Positions 36,422 through 49,370 of a stretch of DNA of 64,000 nucleotides are shown in pieces. The position numbers and the translations under genes are program-made. The stretch is from Hyaloraphidium curvatum SAG 235-1 (Eukaryota; Fungi; Monoblepharomycota), in NCBI GenBank assembly GCA_025558095.1, contig JAIVFI010000019.1, positions 248,001-312,000 of the forward strand. The letters are read 5' to 3'. Below the pieces are notes generated by a model. That model was not told the origin of the DNA, ran no database searches, and worked only from the letters and a program-made list of their open reading frames with translations. Every line of letters starts with the position of its first letter. Position 1 is the stretch's first letter.

Positions 36422-38600
36422 ATGGGCAGCCGGCCGTTCCACCCGGCGCACGAATCGAACCTGTACATCCACGAGCTCGGCGCGGGCAACCCGAAGCACT
36501 GGAACGCCGCAAAGCTCGCCGAGTGGGAGGCAAAGTACAACACGCTGCGCTACCGCATCGACGGCGCGAACAAGCGGCCATACGACTGCGGCTGGTGCGG
36601 ACACCGCTCGGACGACCTGCGCGGCCTCGTGCTGCACGTAAAGTGCGTGCCGCACAGATCGTGTCTTTTTTTGGAGCTGACACGGCGCACCCCCGCCAGC
36701 GAGCGGCACGCCCGCCTCGGCGACGACGCGTACTGGGAGCGGCCGCGGCGCTGCGAGTGGCCCGGCTGCACGCAGCAAAAGCACTATGCGGACGACATCG
36801 GCCTGATGGTGCACCTGCGGCTGCATACCGGCGAGCGGCCCTACCTCGTGCGTGCATCGATTTTCGCTCCCCGCCTTTTTCTGACGCGCCCGCCGCCCAG
36901 TGCCCGCACGACGGCTGCACCCTGCAGTTTTCCACGCGCGAGTCCAACCTCTCGCACCAGCGGCCCGCGCACCGCGCCGTGCACCGCCCGATCTTTATCG
37001 ACATCCGCCGGATCTCGGCCTCGGGCCCGCTGCTGCCGTCGTCCTCGCTCGAGGAGGACATCGAGGAGGAGCCCGGCCGGCCGGCGGCGTCGGAGGAGGA
37101 CGAAGAGGAGGACGAGGACGAGGAGGGCGACGGCGGCTCGGAATCCTCCGACGCCCCGCCGCGGCGCGTCACTCGGTCGCGCCTGCTCTCGTCCACGGCG
37201 TCGCCCCCGCCCGCCAACGGCAAGGCGCGCCAGGCCTCGCGCAGCCCGCCGCCGCCCAGGAAGCGGCGCAGGGCGGAACCCGACCTCGGGCTCGGCGAGG
37301 ATCCGCGGCTGGACGTGGTCGCGGGCGGCAGCGAGAGCGAGAGCGTGCTCAGCGAGGGCGTCGTCGTCGGGCCCAAGGGACGCAGGGCAGTATCGGACAA
37401 CCACGGGGACGAAGACGAGGAGGAGGAAGAGGAGGAGCAATCTGAAGAGGAGGAAAAGCCGAGGCCCCCGAAGAGGGGGACGCCGGCGGCCAGGGGCGCG
37501 CAGAAGGTAAATTGCGCTCTGGTCTCGCCCTCGAGACATCCCTCTGACAGTCTTTGCAGCGCCGCGGCGCGGACGCCAAGCTCCGGGAGGAGTACGCCCG
37601 CGCCACGTGGCGCCAGCTCACCTCCCGCACCTCGCGCCCCGCGCGCTCCGAATCCGTCACCCCCCCGGACAAGCCCGAGGTCGAGCTCGAGTTCCAGAAG
37701 CACCTCTCCGGCCCCGCCCCGCCCTCGGACAAGCTCCGCCGCGTGCAGCGGCTCTTCAACGGGCAGCGCCGCAAGCTCGAGCGCTACCGGAGCTACCTCG
37801 AGCGGGCGCGGGAGGACGTTCTCGCCGGCGCGGCGCGGTGCGCGCAGCTCGGCCCCGCGCACCCCGACCCGGGCACGTTCGACCGGATCCGCAAGGCCGG
37901 GCTGGCGCTGGCGCCGCGGGTCGAAGCGCTGCTGGCGCGGTGCGACGCGGCGATCGCGCTCCTGGACGGGGAGGTGCTCGGCAAGGTCAAGAGGATGGCG
38001 GACGAGGAGAGGAAGGAGGAGCGGCAGAAGGCGCAGCTGAGCGGGGACGAGAGCGCGATGGGCGAGGGGACGGATGCCGGGGATGCGAGGGAGGGGACCG
38101 AGACGGGGAACCTGGACGACGGGGAGGAGAGCGCCAGCCTGTCCGGGGACCTGGACGCCGAGGGGGCAAGCCAGATGGACGGCGCCAGCCAGGTCGGCGA
38201 ACTCGAGCTGGACGGCGACGCCGCGAGCACCGCCGCCGGCGGCGACGAGGACGCGGCGTCGGAGGCGCCCGAGGACTCGGTGCTGATGCACATGGAGGAG
38301 AGGCAGACGAGGGCCGAGGAGGGCGACGGCGACCTGGCGAGCGAGTCGGCGGCGGGCGAGGGCGACTACTCGCGGATGGACGAGGAGAGCCTCGGGGACA
38401 TGGAAAGCGGCGCGGAGGACGCCAACGGGGACGAGGAGGACGAGTCCGAGATGCCGGAAGACCTGGGCTCCGAAATGCCCGAGGAGGAGTCCGAGATGCC
38501 GGACGACGGGCCGGCTGACGGCGCTGACGTGGAGCAAAGCGAGGACGGCGGGGACGGTGGTCAAGAAGAAGAGGACTTTGACGAAGATGACGAAGAATGA
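36422..38600 (+). CDS. C2H2 zinc-finger protein with long acidic C-terminus
   Basis: Three fingers: RPYDCGWC..LVLHVKERH, CEWPGC..HLRLHTGERPY, CPHDGC..HQRPAH; D/E-rich tail. Confidence 0.82.
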
Positions 38601-38655
38601 TGTAGAGCCGAACCAAAAGTCTCTTCCCGCTCTACTCGAGTGTCTATCGCGCAGT

Positions 38656-40122
38656 TCAAAGCTCCGGCACCACCGTGTCCAGGTTGTACGCCTCGATCGA
38701 GTTTCGGTAGGCAATCATGTGGACCGCCTCGATGGCCTCCTTCTCGTCCAAATCACCCTCCGCGATCACCTGCTTGAGGGCCTCGAACAGCGCCTCGCGG
38801 AAGTACTTTGCCCCTAGCTGCGAAAAGCAGCTCAAGCACAAAGTTTCCTCGACGGGGAAGCACCCACGTAGTAGGTCTCGGGCCAGACGTGGGCATCGGA
38901 CGAGTAGAGCATCTTGTTCAGCGGCGCCAGGTGCATAATCTCCACAAGGCCCTGAACGAGCGAGTTCCGTGACCCGAACGCTTGCATCTCGCCCAAATCG
39001 CAATAGACACCCTTGAATGACGACGCGAGCCACCCGGCTTCGCGGCAGTAGGGCCACGAAAAGTGAAGGAGGACGAGCTTGAGGTTCTCGAAGCGGCTAT
39101 CCTGGAGCATGGGTTGGAAGAGGAGCGGGTTGGCATCCAAGAGCCTCATGTCACTGCAAAGGGCCGTTATCGAATGTCGGCGCAGTGAGAGGCTGCGCGT
39201 ACCAATCGCCGTGGCCGACGTGGGCCTGCAGGGGCAAGTTGTGCTTCACGGCTATCAGAGCCCCCGTGAGCACGAGAAAGTCAATCGTAGGTTTGTCGCC
39301 TATTCGGATCCTGGGACCCAACGGAACGAACGGCGGCGGAGGGACGTCGCTGGGCGGCGGCTCCTTCCAAGAGTCGAGCTGGGCCGCGGCATCCTTGAGA
39401 TAGCTCCCGAGCGCCGCGGCGACCTTTGCCCGATTCTCGGGCTCCAATGCAACCGTCCGGATCCCGAGGCCCGTCCGGTAGGCGGCGATGGTCTTCAGTC
39501 CAACGACGCCTTCGCGCGGCGGATCGAGCGCCGCCTTGAACCTGCGCTCGAAGGCCTCGAGCAGGTCCGCGCCCGTCTGCTGGGCCCGTTCCTTTGCCAT
39601 CTCCAGGACCAGATCTTCGGCGAGCCTCTCCAGGCGCACGATGCACTTTGTCGGCGCCTTGGTGAACCTGTCATGCCACTCCAGCGATTGCAGCGGGCCA
39701 TAAAGACCCGAGTCGATCAAGAGCTGGAACGTCCCGGTCTTTGAGAACAGGAGCTCCGTGTACTTGTCCTCGCCAAGCCGTGTCCTCTCCGCCAGAATGG
39801 CCTCCTCACTGGGCGGGACGCCGAGGAGCTTGCCCAGCTCCTTCAAGGACCGTTTCCAGACCAAAGTGTGGACAACGTCGTTCTGGGCGCTCCCAGATGC
39901 TTCCGTGAGCGCACCCCGTAGGCCATAGGATGAGTAGCCGATTCCTATCTGATGGGTGTGGTTGTCGATCAGGGGGACACCTGGACAGTGCGCAAGGGAG
40001 ATGAACGACGGCCAGGAAGACAAGGGACGGCCAGGGGAGCATCGCGATTAGATAGCTGGCTCTCTTCATGGACCAGGACGTTGATTCCCACTGTTGACCA
40101 CGTCTTGCAGAGCGCTCGACAT
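38656..40122 (-). CDS. Amidohydrolase related to the FluG/NodGS N-terminal domain (stand-alone)
   Basis: Spliced start MSSALQDVVNSVPLIDNHTH; GLKTIAAYRTGL, LPLQAHVGHGD, LVLLHFSWPY.REAGWLAS, KMLYSSDAH..PETYY; stops with no glutamine synthetase domain. Confidence 0.87.
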
Positions 40123-40218
40123 TGCAACGCGATGTACAACCGCGCGCGCAAAAGAATCTGCTACAGTACCCCGTCTCAGAAGGGCGATCGCGCATCTCCG
40201 CATCTCGTCGACGATCGA

Positions 40219-43200
40219 TCAGTCCATCAAGCCAGATCGTTGCGGCTGGATCGGTTGGCCGTAGCCGGGAGGTGGTTGCTGTTGTTGTTGTTGCGGTTGA
40301 GGTCCCCATTGTTGCACGGGCTGCTGCTGTTGGTAACCGTTCCACGCCTGGGGTGCTTGCGGTACCGAGCTCTGGGGCGACCCGTATCCGCCACCGTAGG
40401 CTCCCTGCGGCGCCGGAGGAGGTTGCTGAGGCGGATATGGTTGCCCATACTGCGTCGGCGGCGCTTGGGACCCGTAAGGCGGATTCGAAGGATACGAAGG
40501 CGCTGGAGGGCCGTAGTTCGCCTGGGGCTGAACCGATTGCTGTCCATATGGCTGCCCGGCCGGAGGTGCTTGGCCCTGAGCCGGCTGGCCGGGACCAGGC
40601 GGGCCCTGCGCATACGGCTGCGCTGAGGGCGGCGGTGCTCCGTACGGCTGCGCAGGCGGCGGCGGTGCTCCGTACGGCTGTGCTGGCTGCTGATTCGGCC
40701 CCTGCGGTTGCCCATACGTCGCCTGTGCCGGAGGCGGCTGAGCGTACGGAGCATGTCCGCCTGCTCCAGGGCTCTGATATCCGCCGAACTGGCCGGTGCC
40801 GGCGGGAGGATGCGGTTGCTGCTGGGGATACGGTTGCTGCTGGGCATATCCTGGTGCGTTCGGTGGACGCTGAGTTGCGCCGTAATAGGCCTGCAAAGAG
40901 TGCATTAGCGTGATGCAGTGAGCGAGAAACGCAGCTCTGAAATACCTGAGGAGCCAGGTACGATCCAGGTGCTGGGACCGGCTGCGCGCCCGGCGGCAAG
41001 GGTGGCGGGGGGCCGCCCAACCCTCCCGGTTTCGAAGGAACAGGGGGCGGCGGCGCTTGCTCGGGGCCCGGCCGGAACGCGTTCCCGTAGGGCGCCTGGT
41101 TCGCGTAGTAGTTCATTGCAGGAGCAGGCTGCTGCCACGGCCCAGGAGGCGGTGCAGCGCTCGGTGCGGGAGGTCGGTTGTACGCAGTAGGAGGTTGCTG
41201 TTGCTGGTAAGTCTGATACGGAGCCGTTTGCTGCGGAGACATTGGGTGCCCAATCGGGGGACCAGCGGATTGCCCTTGGTACGGCACTCCGCTAGGTTGC
41301 GGCGGCGGCGGGCCTGACTGCGGAACCGATGGGGCGTACTGCTGCGGCACGCTTTGCTGACTCGGCGGCTGTGTTTGTGGATACGGCATTTGCGTCGGGA
41401 AAGAGGCCTGGCCGCCGCCGTAGCTTGCCGGGGGCCCGCCTTGTGCGGGCGGCGGTCCAGTCGGTTGACCCTGGTAAGGGCTTCCAGGGTACGGGCTTCC
41501 AGCCGGTGGTGCGGACTGCGAGTACGACGCGAGCTGCGGCGTCTGCATCTGAGGCGGCATTGGTCCGGGGGCCTGCGATTGGGGCGGAGAAGACATGTAT
41601 GGCTGTTGAGGAGCGGCCGGCCGCGGCGGAGCTCCATAGGGCTGTGTCGGGGGTACTGGCGGCGCGACAGGCTGAGGTTGCTGAAAGTATGCACTAGGGG
41701 GAGGCACCGGCCTCGGCGGGGGAGGTCCTGGTTGCGGAACTGCAGGCATTGGAGGAGCGAACGACTGAAGTGGCGATGCCGGAGTGGGAGAGTACGGTGC
41801 TGGTGCACTAGCTGCGTATGCTGAGCTCGCGTACGGCGCGGGAGGGACTGGCGGAGGCGCAGATGACGGCGGCAGCCTCGATGGCTGCGGCAGGGTAGGA
41901 GCGCCCCCGCCATAGCCGTTCATGCCCGGCGCCGGGGAGGAGGAAGCCGGAGAATCCAAGGACGACGTCCCAAGCCTGAGCCGTTCCAGCTGCTCCTTAA
42001 GCTGCTTTTGCCCCTTTTCCGCTGCCTGAGCCTGCATCGTCGACGCAAGCTGGTTCCGCTCCTCGGCCCTCGCGCGCACGAAAGCCTTGGCCTCCGCCGC
42101 CGTGCGCTCGACCATGTCCGTCAGCCCGGAATAGAACTGGATCCCCTTTTGCAGACCGTCGCGGCACTCGCGCCAGCTCTCGTAAGCTTTCCTCCAGCGG
42201 GCAAGTAGAGCCTGCTTCCGCTTCTCGCGCGACTCGACAAGCTTCATCCCGTAAGAGCGCTCCTTCAGGTTCTCGTACTCGTTGACAAGCTCCTGCATCA
42301 GCGCGCGATGTGTCTCAATGTTCGAAGACAGCTTCTGCGTGAGCGGCTTGAACTTGGCCAGTTCGCTCTGGAAAAGCGCGGCCTCCTTGTTCTTGTTCAA
42401 AATCAGCAGGTTGGATATGTCGTCATTGAGCAGCTTCGTGCGGAACTCCTCAAAGGTCTCCTGTCTCTCCTTCTTGAGCTGCCGGATGCGGGCAAGCAGG
42501 TTGTCCATCTTCTCAATGAGCAGCTGTTCGCCAAGCGCCCCGAGCCCGGCATCGCTCTTCACGTCCTCCTCGATAAGATTGGCCACGGGGACGCTCGCGC
42601 CTTGCTTCGGGTCCCCGGTCGAGACAACCTGCACAGAAATGGCCTCCACTTCCTCGTAAGGCCGCTTCAGCGTGGCAAGATCGGGTTTCAGCTCCTGGAT
42701 CCGCTGCACAAGCTGGCGATCCGTCTCCGCAGCCTGTTCTAGGGTTTCCCGATGCCGCTTCACCTCGTTGCGGATCCCCGTGGTGAGACGAAGCGACGGC
42801 TCCTGCGGCCAGTCGGCAAACTGGCCTACCATGTCAGCGAGACGGTAGACGGAGGGTCGAAATCACGCACCTTTAGCCGCATGCTCTCACACTCCCGAGC
42901 CTCCTCGTCCAGAGTCACCCCGACACTGGTGAGCGTCTCCCGCGCGCGACTCTTCAGGCCGTCCAGCACAGTCAGGAGCTCGTCCATGCTGTCACCCGCT
43001 CGTCCGCTCTCGGAGCCGCCAATGTCCTGGCACCAATTACGAATCTCGGAAGGCAAGCTTCCATACTCGTCCAGGTGCGCCGATTTCGCCATCCGGCGCA
43101 GCTTGTCCAGGGTGCGAACCAAGTCCATGGACTCCAGAGACACCGAGAGCTCCGCATCGACGTCCTTGACCTGCTCCTCTTCAGAGCGGAGAAGCTTGGC

Positions 43201-44881
43201 CTTCTCCTCCGAATACATAGACGCGGATTCGTGCACGGAGATTGGGACGAGCTTCGCAAAGATGTCGGGACCGACAATGCGAGGTATGTCCGCCGCACCA
43301 CCAGCGCAAATCTCGGCGAAAGCGAGGGGCTTGACCGCCAGCAGCTTGTCGACTGGTGCGAGGGCATCGGTGTTCGGAACCGAGTCGTGGTAGATCAGGT
43401 CATTGTCTGGCAGAGAAGGCGTCAGTAGCGTTCTCTGCGGCACCGGCCCGTCACGAACCCTTGGTCGCCAAGTTCTTCTTGTCCGTCACGTTTGTGAGCA
43501 GCATGCGAGTGGCATCCAGCAACGCCACGCTCGCCGTCGTTGCCGAACTAGAGGAGGAGGAGCTCGAGCCCCAGAAGCTAGATGCGAGTCCGCCGCTCGA
43601 ACTCGGAGGCGCGCCTTCGCCTGCCCCGGCCACAGCGCCGGCGTCGGCAGAGGTGGTGAAGTTCGGATACGCCGAAGCAAAGGAAGAGGCGAGCTTGTTT
43701 GCCTCCTTGGCGTAGATTTCGGACAACTGCAAGCGGGCCACCATCTCGCCGTACTTGGATTCGGACTCGCAAGCAATGCCGCGATGGTAGTTTGCCACGG
43801 CGAGGAAGTACTTGGACTTGACCTGATCGACCGGAAGTTAAACCACGTACCGAAGCCCGGCATTTTGGGATCCCACCTGGCAGAGGAGCGCCCATGTCTT
43901 CTCGATCTGCGCCTTCAAGGTCGTCGCATTGACGTAGTCCATGACGTTGGCATAGAGGGTGGCGGCCTGGCTGGCCAGTTTTGCAGGCAGCATGCCCTTC
44001 TTCTTCTCCGCAAGCACCTTCTCAAGAAAGCACTCTTGCGCTTGCGCGAGCATGAGCTCCGAAAGGCAGCGGATCGAGTCCCGCCCGAGGTCCACCGAAG
44101 GAGGGTGCAGGAAGTTGTCGTTGATATACTGGAAGAGCCCCGCCGCTCCCTGAAAGTAGTTGAAGGCCATCTTGAGGCCGTTGACGTTTGGGGTCATGGG
44201 AGCGGCGCCGGTTGGCGACGACGGCGTGGAAGAGGAATCGGTAGCAATGGAAGAGGAGGCTCGGTTCTGCAGAGCCGCGATAGAGGAGCATGTCGCGGCC
44301 AGGTTGAAGATGACGCACGCCTTCTCGTACGCGACCGAGTGCTGGGAGACCTTGGTCCCGGAGAAGGCGTCGTACCTGGAGAGCATCGAGAGCAGACGGA
44401 TCAGACGAGCGCTGAAAGGCGACCGACGTCGCTCCCACCAGGAGAAGACAACTTTGACGTGCTTCTCGTCAATGGGGAACCGGAGATCGAGGAGCTCCAG
44501 CTGCCCATAGTATCTTGTCGCGGACCCCGAGTCAGTCTCCAAAAAGCGCGCTCTCGGCTGAATGGAATCACCGGTAGAGAATGTCCCTGCCCGTGAGGTC
44601 CTTCCCGGCCCCGCGAATGTCCTGGCGGAGTCGGTTGAGCGACGCGATCTCCTGCACGTATTTGTCGGGATCCTCCTGGTACACTTGCTGGAACGGCCGA
44701 TGGCGACGAAAGACCCGTGAGTCTTAGCTCCGATGGGCCGCGGGCTCGGAGTCGCGACCCGTTGGCAGCGCGACTCCGGAGCCAGGGCACGCACCTGGAT
44801 GTAGCTCCGGAACGCGAACGTGAAGTCCGTATCGTCCGTTCGCTTCGTAGGAACATGCAGCATAGGGCTCTGGGAGGCCAT
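40219..44881 (-). CDS. BRO1: ESCRT accessory protein Bro1/ALIX (Bro1 domain, V domain, Pro/Gln-rich tail)
   Basis: YYGQLELLDLRFP, SVAYEKACVIFNLAA, LMLAQAQECF, DNDLIYH, KGIQFY, then a long P/Q/Y-rich region. Confidence 0.93.
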
Positions 44882-45033
44882 CGCGGCGAGCGCGGGCCGG
44901 GCGGGCCCGGGCAACTACTACTGGACTTGTTCGAGAGTGAGGCGAGGCGCTGATCTTGCGCAACTCAAGGTCCCGAGGTCGAGCTTCGAATCCGATTCCG
45001 AGATCAGAGATCTACATCGATCATGATCACCTA

Positions 45034-47188
45034 TCACGGATTGAGCTTCTGGTCGATGGCAAGGGCGGCCAAGGCTGCGCCGCTAATGAGGAAGCCAAGG
45101 ACGCCGAGGACGGCACAGACTTTGGCCAGCGTCGTCCACCGGAGGCTTAGCGAGACGAAGAACACGTAGGGAATGATGTTTCCCAACGCAGTGTTGCCGG
45201 TGGCACCGACAAAGGATAGGATCTGGAGCAAATATGTCAGAATCGATCGCGACGTCACCAGGCACAACCGCTCACCCGATCCAAGTGAGTCACCCAGACC
45301 GCAACGACCCAGCAGAGGGCCAGCAGCACCGCGGTCGTCACGTTGAACAGAATTGGTTCGGAAACGGCCTCGCTGATCGCCCGTTCCTCGGCATAGGGTT
45401 CTCGCCGGACGGTATCCGCGATGTCCTCGCGGTCGTCACCATCGGGAGCCGCGTCTTCGACCTCCTCGTACCCCTCGGCCCCGCTGCGCCACTTTCGAAA
45501 CCGCACCGCGAGGCGCCTGACGAGGTTCATGGTCGAGATCCGCGCGGGGTGAATCTGCATGGGTATCGAGGTCCCGACGAGCAGAGTGAGGGTGAGGCAC
45601 GCCGAGATGGTGAGCGGATCTTTGGGGGGATAGTTGACGAGCACGTCTCCATGGGTCCGGTCGCCAAAAGTCATGTACGCCATTGTCGCGGCCGCGAGGT
45701 AGAAAACGGTGGCCGCTGCAACCGAAACGTAGATGACCTTGTCCACACGTTGCGGGGTTCGGTTTCGCAGCTCGTTGAACATCGAGTAGATGTTCTGGTG
45801 ACAAGCGTATATAAAACTCAAGATCGGGAGCGCCGAAAGCAGGGAGATTGACAGCTTCGGCGGCCACCAGCGCAGCTCCCGCAGCGGAATCCGGCTTTCC
45901 GGCGGCAGCCTGACGAAGTAGAAGACAAAGACGAATATGAGCATGTACAGCGTTGCCGCCTGGCCGATGAAGGAAGTGAAACGGAACGCTCGGAAGTTCT
46001 TTGCCCAACAGACGGGCCCAATCACAACGAGGGTTACTGTCGCCCAAAACCACCGCGAAAGCAGAAAGCTATACGTGGGATCCGCGACGAGGTCCAGGCC
46101 CTCCGCAAACGATGGGCCGAAATCACCGATGCCCACGAAGAAGGAAGCGGCCGTCCCAAAACACGATAGCAGCACCACGGCGTCCACGACGTCAACAAGC
46201 CAGGGATACGTGATGTCGCAAACGGACGCCCAGCTTGGGATCACTCCCGGAGGCAGGTAGCGTGCCGAGGAACACAGGAGCCGACACGTGAAGGTCGTCA
46301 TCACAGCCCACGAAACAATTAGCACGTAGGACGCGACGAGGCCGTATTGAGACACGAGGTACGGCAAAGATAGCCAGCCGGCGCCGATCAGGGTTTTGGT
46401 CAGCGTCATGATCGACGTGAACACTGCGCGGGGCCGCCGAGCACGGGTGGGGGGAAAACAAACACGACGAGAAACGAGCACGAGCGCGGAGGAAATCATG
46501 TGAGAACACGCTCCGGAAAAAAAAAACCGCACCCACTCGACGCAGACTCGCTCTTGTGCTCAATCCAGATCTGGGAAAGGCTCTTTGGGACATCATCGGG
46601 GTCTTCGGGGCCCATCGTCGGCGTCGCAATACGACCGGTGAAGTCCCACCACCTCGACGGCGTATCCAAGGAATCCGTCCGTGTCTCCGCCGTCGAATCC
46701 TGCGAGGGCACTCGTTCCTCGCCGTCTTCGTTGAAGAATGCTGTCCGCTGGGGATCGTACATCGTGTTTCTCCGCAGATAGTTCGAAGCCCGGCTCGCTG
46801 CCGCGTTTGCTGGCTCGGCAACCAACGGTCCGGGATCCATTGCGTCTGGAGGCGCGGATTCCAACGAGCCCAGGCTGCTGTCGAGGGTCTCCGTGGTCTC
46901 CACCCTGCGCGGCGCCATCGACCCGTAGGCGAGCGGCGACGCCACAAGGGCGGACGACAGGAGGTTCTGCCGCTCTCCAGAGGGCGTGCTCTGTGGCTTG
47001 GTGGGCTCCGGAGCGAAAGAGGCATGCTTTCCGCTCCGGCCGCTTGCGTTGCTGCCTGCGGCGGAGGAGCTCCCCGTTGTGGTCGCGATGCTCTCCGAGG
47101 CCGCGGTTTTGAAGCTGACCGGCGACTCCACAGAGCCGCTGCCCACGCTCTGAGCCAGGATCGTTTTCGGGACGCGTCCGTCCGCCAT
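45034..47188 (-). CDS. Amino acid transporter, AAAP/AVT (Avt5-7-like) family
   Basis: TLTKTLIGAGWLSLPY, FIYACHQN, multiple TM helices, VGATG; long Ser-rich cytosolic N-terminus. Confidence 0.88.
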
Positions 47189-47217
47189 CCTGACGCGTCA
47201 AGAAATGGACGTTGAAG

Positions 47218-48650
47218 ATGTCGAGGTTGCGCGTCGCGACGATCGGCCTCGCTCCATCACCACCCGATACACCGTCCAACAAGATGCCGGGAGACGGTGC
47301 AAACGGCGCTACTTCCTCTTTGGATTCGTTCAACCCGGGCACCGCCACCAAGAACGCGCCGGAATATGGTGCGTGCGGAAGGGCCTGCTGTCTCCCACCC
47401 GTTGCCCACCTCTCGCCCTCTACGGTGCTTGCTTTCCGTATGCGAAGTTGATTTTCGCAGCGACACGACAACCTACCCTACGGTTGAAATGTTTGCTGCG
47501 ATGCAGGAAGCTACGCTGGGCGACGATGTCTTCGACGACGACGAGAGCACCAAGGAGTGAGCCCCTGCTCTTCGGCTTGGTCTCCTCGTTCTCACGGGCA
47601 CGATGGGCAACCAAGTTTCCAGAAGAAGGTCGCGGGGCTGTTCGGGAAGGAGGCTGCTCTTCTCGTTCTCACGGGGACAATGGGCAACCAAGTCTCCGTC
47701 GCGTCGCACCTGTCCAACTTCTCGCCTCCTTTCTCGGTGGTGACGGACTCGCGCGCACACATCTATCGATGGGAGGCGGGCGGTGTTTCGTACCACACTG
47801 GCGCCACGATCACGCCGGTCCCGGTTCCGGACGGGGAATGGATGAGGTTGGCTTGGCATGGTGCTGCACCTGTCGAGTGAATCTCACAGTGGTTGCAGCC
47901 CTGCGCTCATTCAGAAGAACTGGTGGGACCCCGACTCGGTCGATACGCACCATGCACCGTGCAAGCTCATTTGCGTGGAAAACACGCTCGACGGTGTGGT
48001 CTTTCCTCGCGACAAGCTCCAGGAGGTGTCGGACTTTGCGAGATCGCGCCGCATCCCGCTCCACATGGACGGAGCTCGCCTCTGGAACGCGGCTGCGACG
48101 GGGATAGCAACGCTGCGGGAGTGGGCGGACTACGTCGACAGCATCAGCCTCTGCTTTTCGAAGGGGCTCGGCACTCCGATGGGCACCGTGGTCGTCGGGA
48201 GCGAAAAGTTCATCTCGAAGTGCCGTGCGTTCAGGAAGGTGTTCGGCGGCGGGTGAGAAGAGCTGCGGGATCGCGTCGGAAAGACTCTGACAGCGCGGTG
48301 GCAGGTGGAGGCAATCGGGCATCCTTGCTTCGGCGTGCGATTACGCGCTGGACAACCATTTCCCCGCCCTGCATCTCGACCATGTTGCTGCGCAAGGTCT
48401 CGCTGCCCGTCTCAAGGAGCTCGGAATCACGATCCTGAAGCCCGTGGAAACGAACATGCTTTTCGTGGACCTCGACTCCGCAGGCATCAAGGACGTCGCC
48501 GCTCTGGTGGAGTGGATGAAGGGGAAGGGGATCCGGCTGATGGGCAGGGGCACGAGCATGCGGATCGTGGTCCACAGACAGAACAACAAGCGGGCAGGCT
48601 ACCTCGGCGATTGCTTCGCAGAGTACCTCGCCAAGCTTGGTGCACGGTAG
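47218..48650 (+). CDS. GLY1: Low-specificity L-threonine aldolase (PLP-dependent)
   Basis: DFRSDTTTYPT, GDDVFDDD, EAALLVLTGTMGNQ, ICVENT, LHMDGARLWNA, SLCFSKGLGTPMG (PLP lysine). Start could be the later ATG near 47284. Confidence 0.92.
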
Positions 48651-48683
48651 CAACGTGTCCATTAGAGAAGATGAACAACGCAA

Positions 48684-49077
48684 CTACGCCTTTGCCGGTA
48701 CCACAAAGTACTTGCGAACGGGCTCCACGATCTCCCACGTGCCCTTGAAAGTCGCCTCCACCACAAAGGCGTCGCCGGCCTTGACAGTCACGGGCTCGCC
48801 TCCTTCGGGCGTAATGATAATTTTCCCTTGCAGCAAGCTGACGAACTCGTATGCTGAATAAGTAGCATGATACGTCCCAGTGGTTGCCTCCCAGACGCCC
48901 GACATCAGGCCCGAGGATATGTTGCAGACGTACTGGAAGCACGTCAGTTTGATCGACGAAGCACCTGGTATCACTCACGGTCTTCATGGTTGGCTCTCCC
49001 GAGACCTTTTTCCAGCCCGAGAGGTCGGCAGTGATGGGCTCAATCCCGTCCAAGGAGAACTTGGCGATGGTTGTCAT
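48684..49077 (-). CDS. Small cupin (DUF861/cupin_3, EutQ-like), 2 exons
   Basis: SGVWEATTG..YEFVSLLQGKIIITPEGGEPVTVKAGDAFVVEATFKGTWEIVEPVRKYFV. Confidence 0.88.
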
Positions 49078-49370
49078 CGTGTTCAGTGCTACGGGAGACA
49101 GAGAAGCTGGGGCGCAATCCTGGTCGTCAGCCGCGTTCAGTGCGGTCGAACCCCCCTGGAAACGCGATCCTACTGTGGAAAAAGACCAAGGAACTCGATA
49201 CTGGCACAATGGAATGAGATGCGGAGGATGCCGATTGATCGGACGCAGCCCGCGCAATCGACGCCCGCTTGGCGCGACCGCGATAAACAACCATCCGCGT
49301 GACCGCGCTTCAAAGGCCCGCGTCACGGCTCCGTGCTTTCTCCTTGGGATTCACAGGCCTTTTAGCTACC

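Noticed and set aside
36207-38714. 835-aa minus-strand ORF and other long antisense ORFs (e.g. 18454-19803, 59153-60373, 56735-58216)
   Set aside because: Shadow ORFs caused by high GC and codon bias opposite real genes; no family motifs.
40600-40690. 30-bp tandem repeats in BRO1 (and ESEMPE repeats near 38440-38505)
   Set aside because: Ordinary coding low-complexity repeats (QPYGAPPP) in disordered tails.
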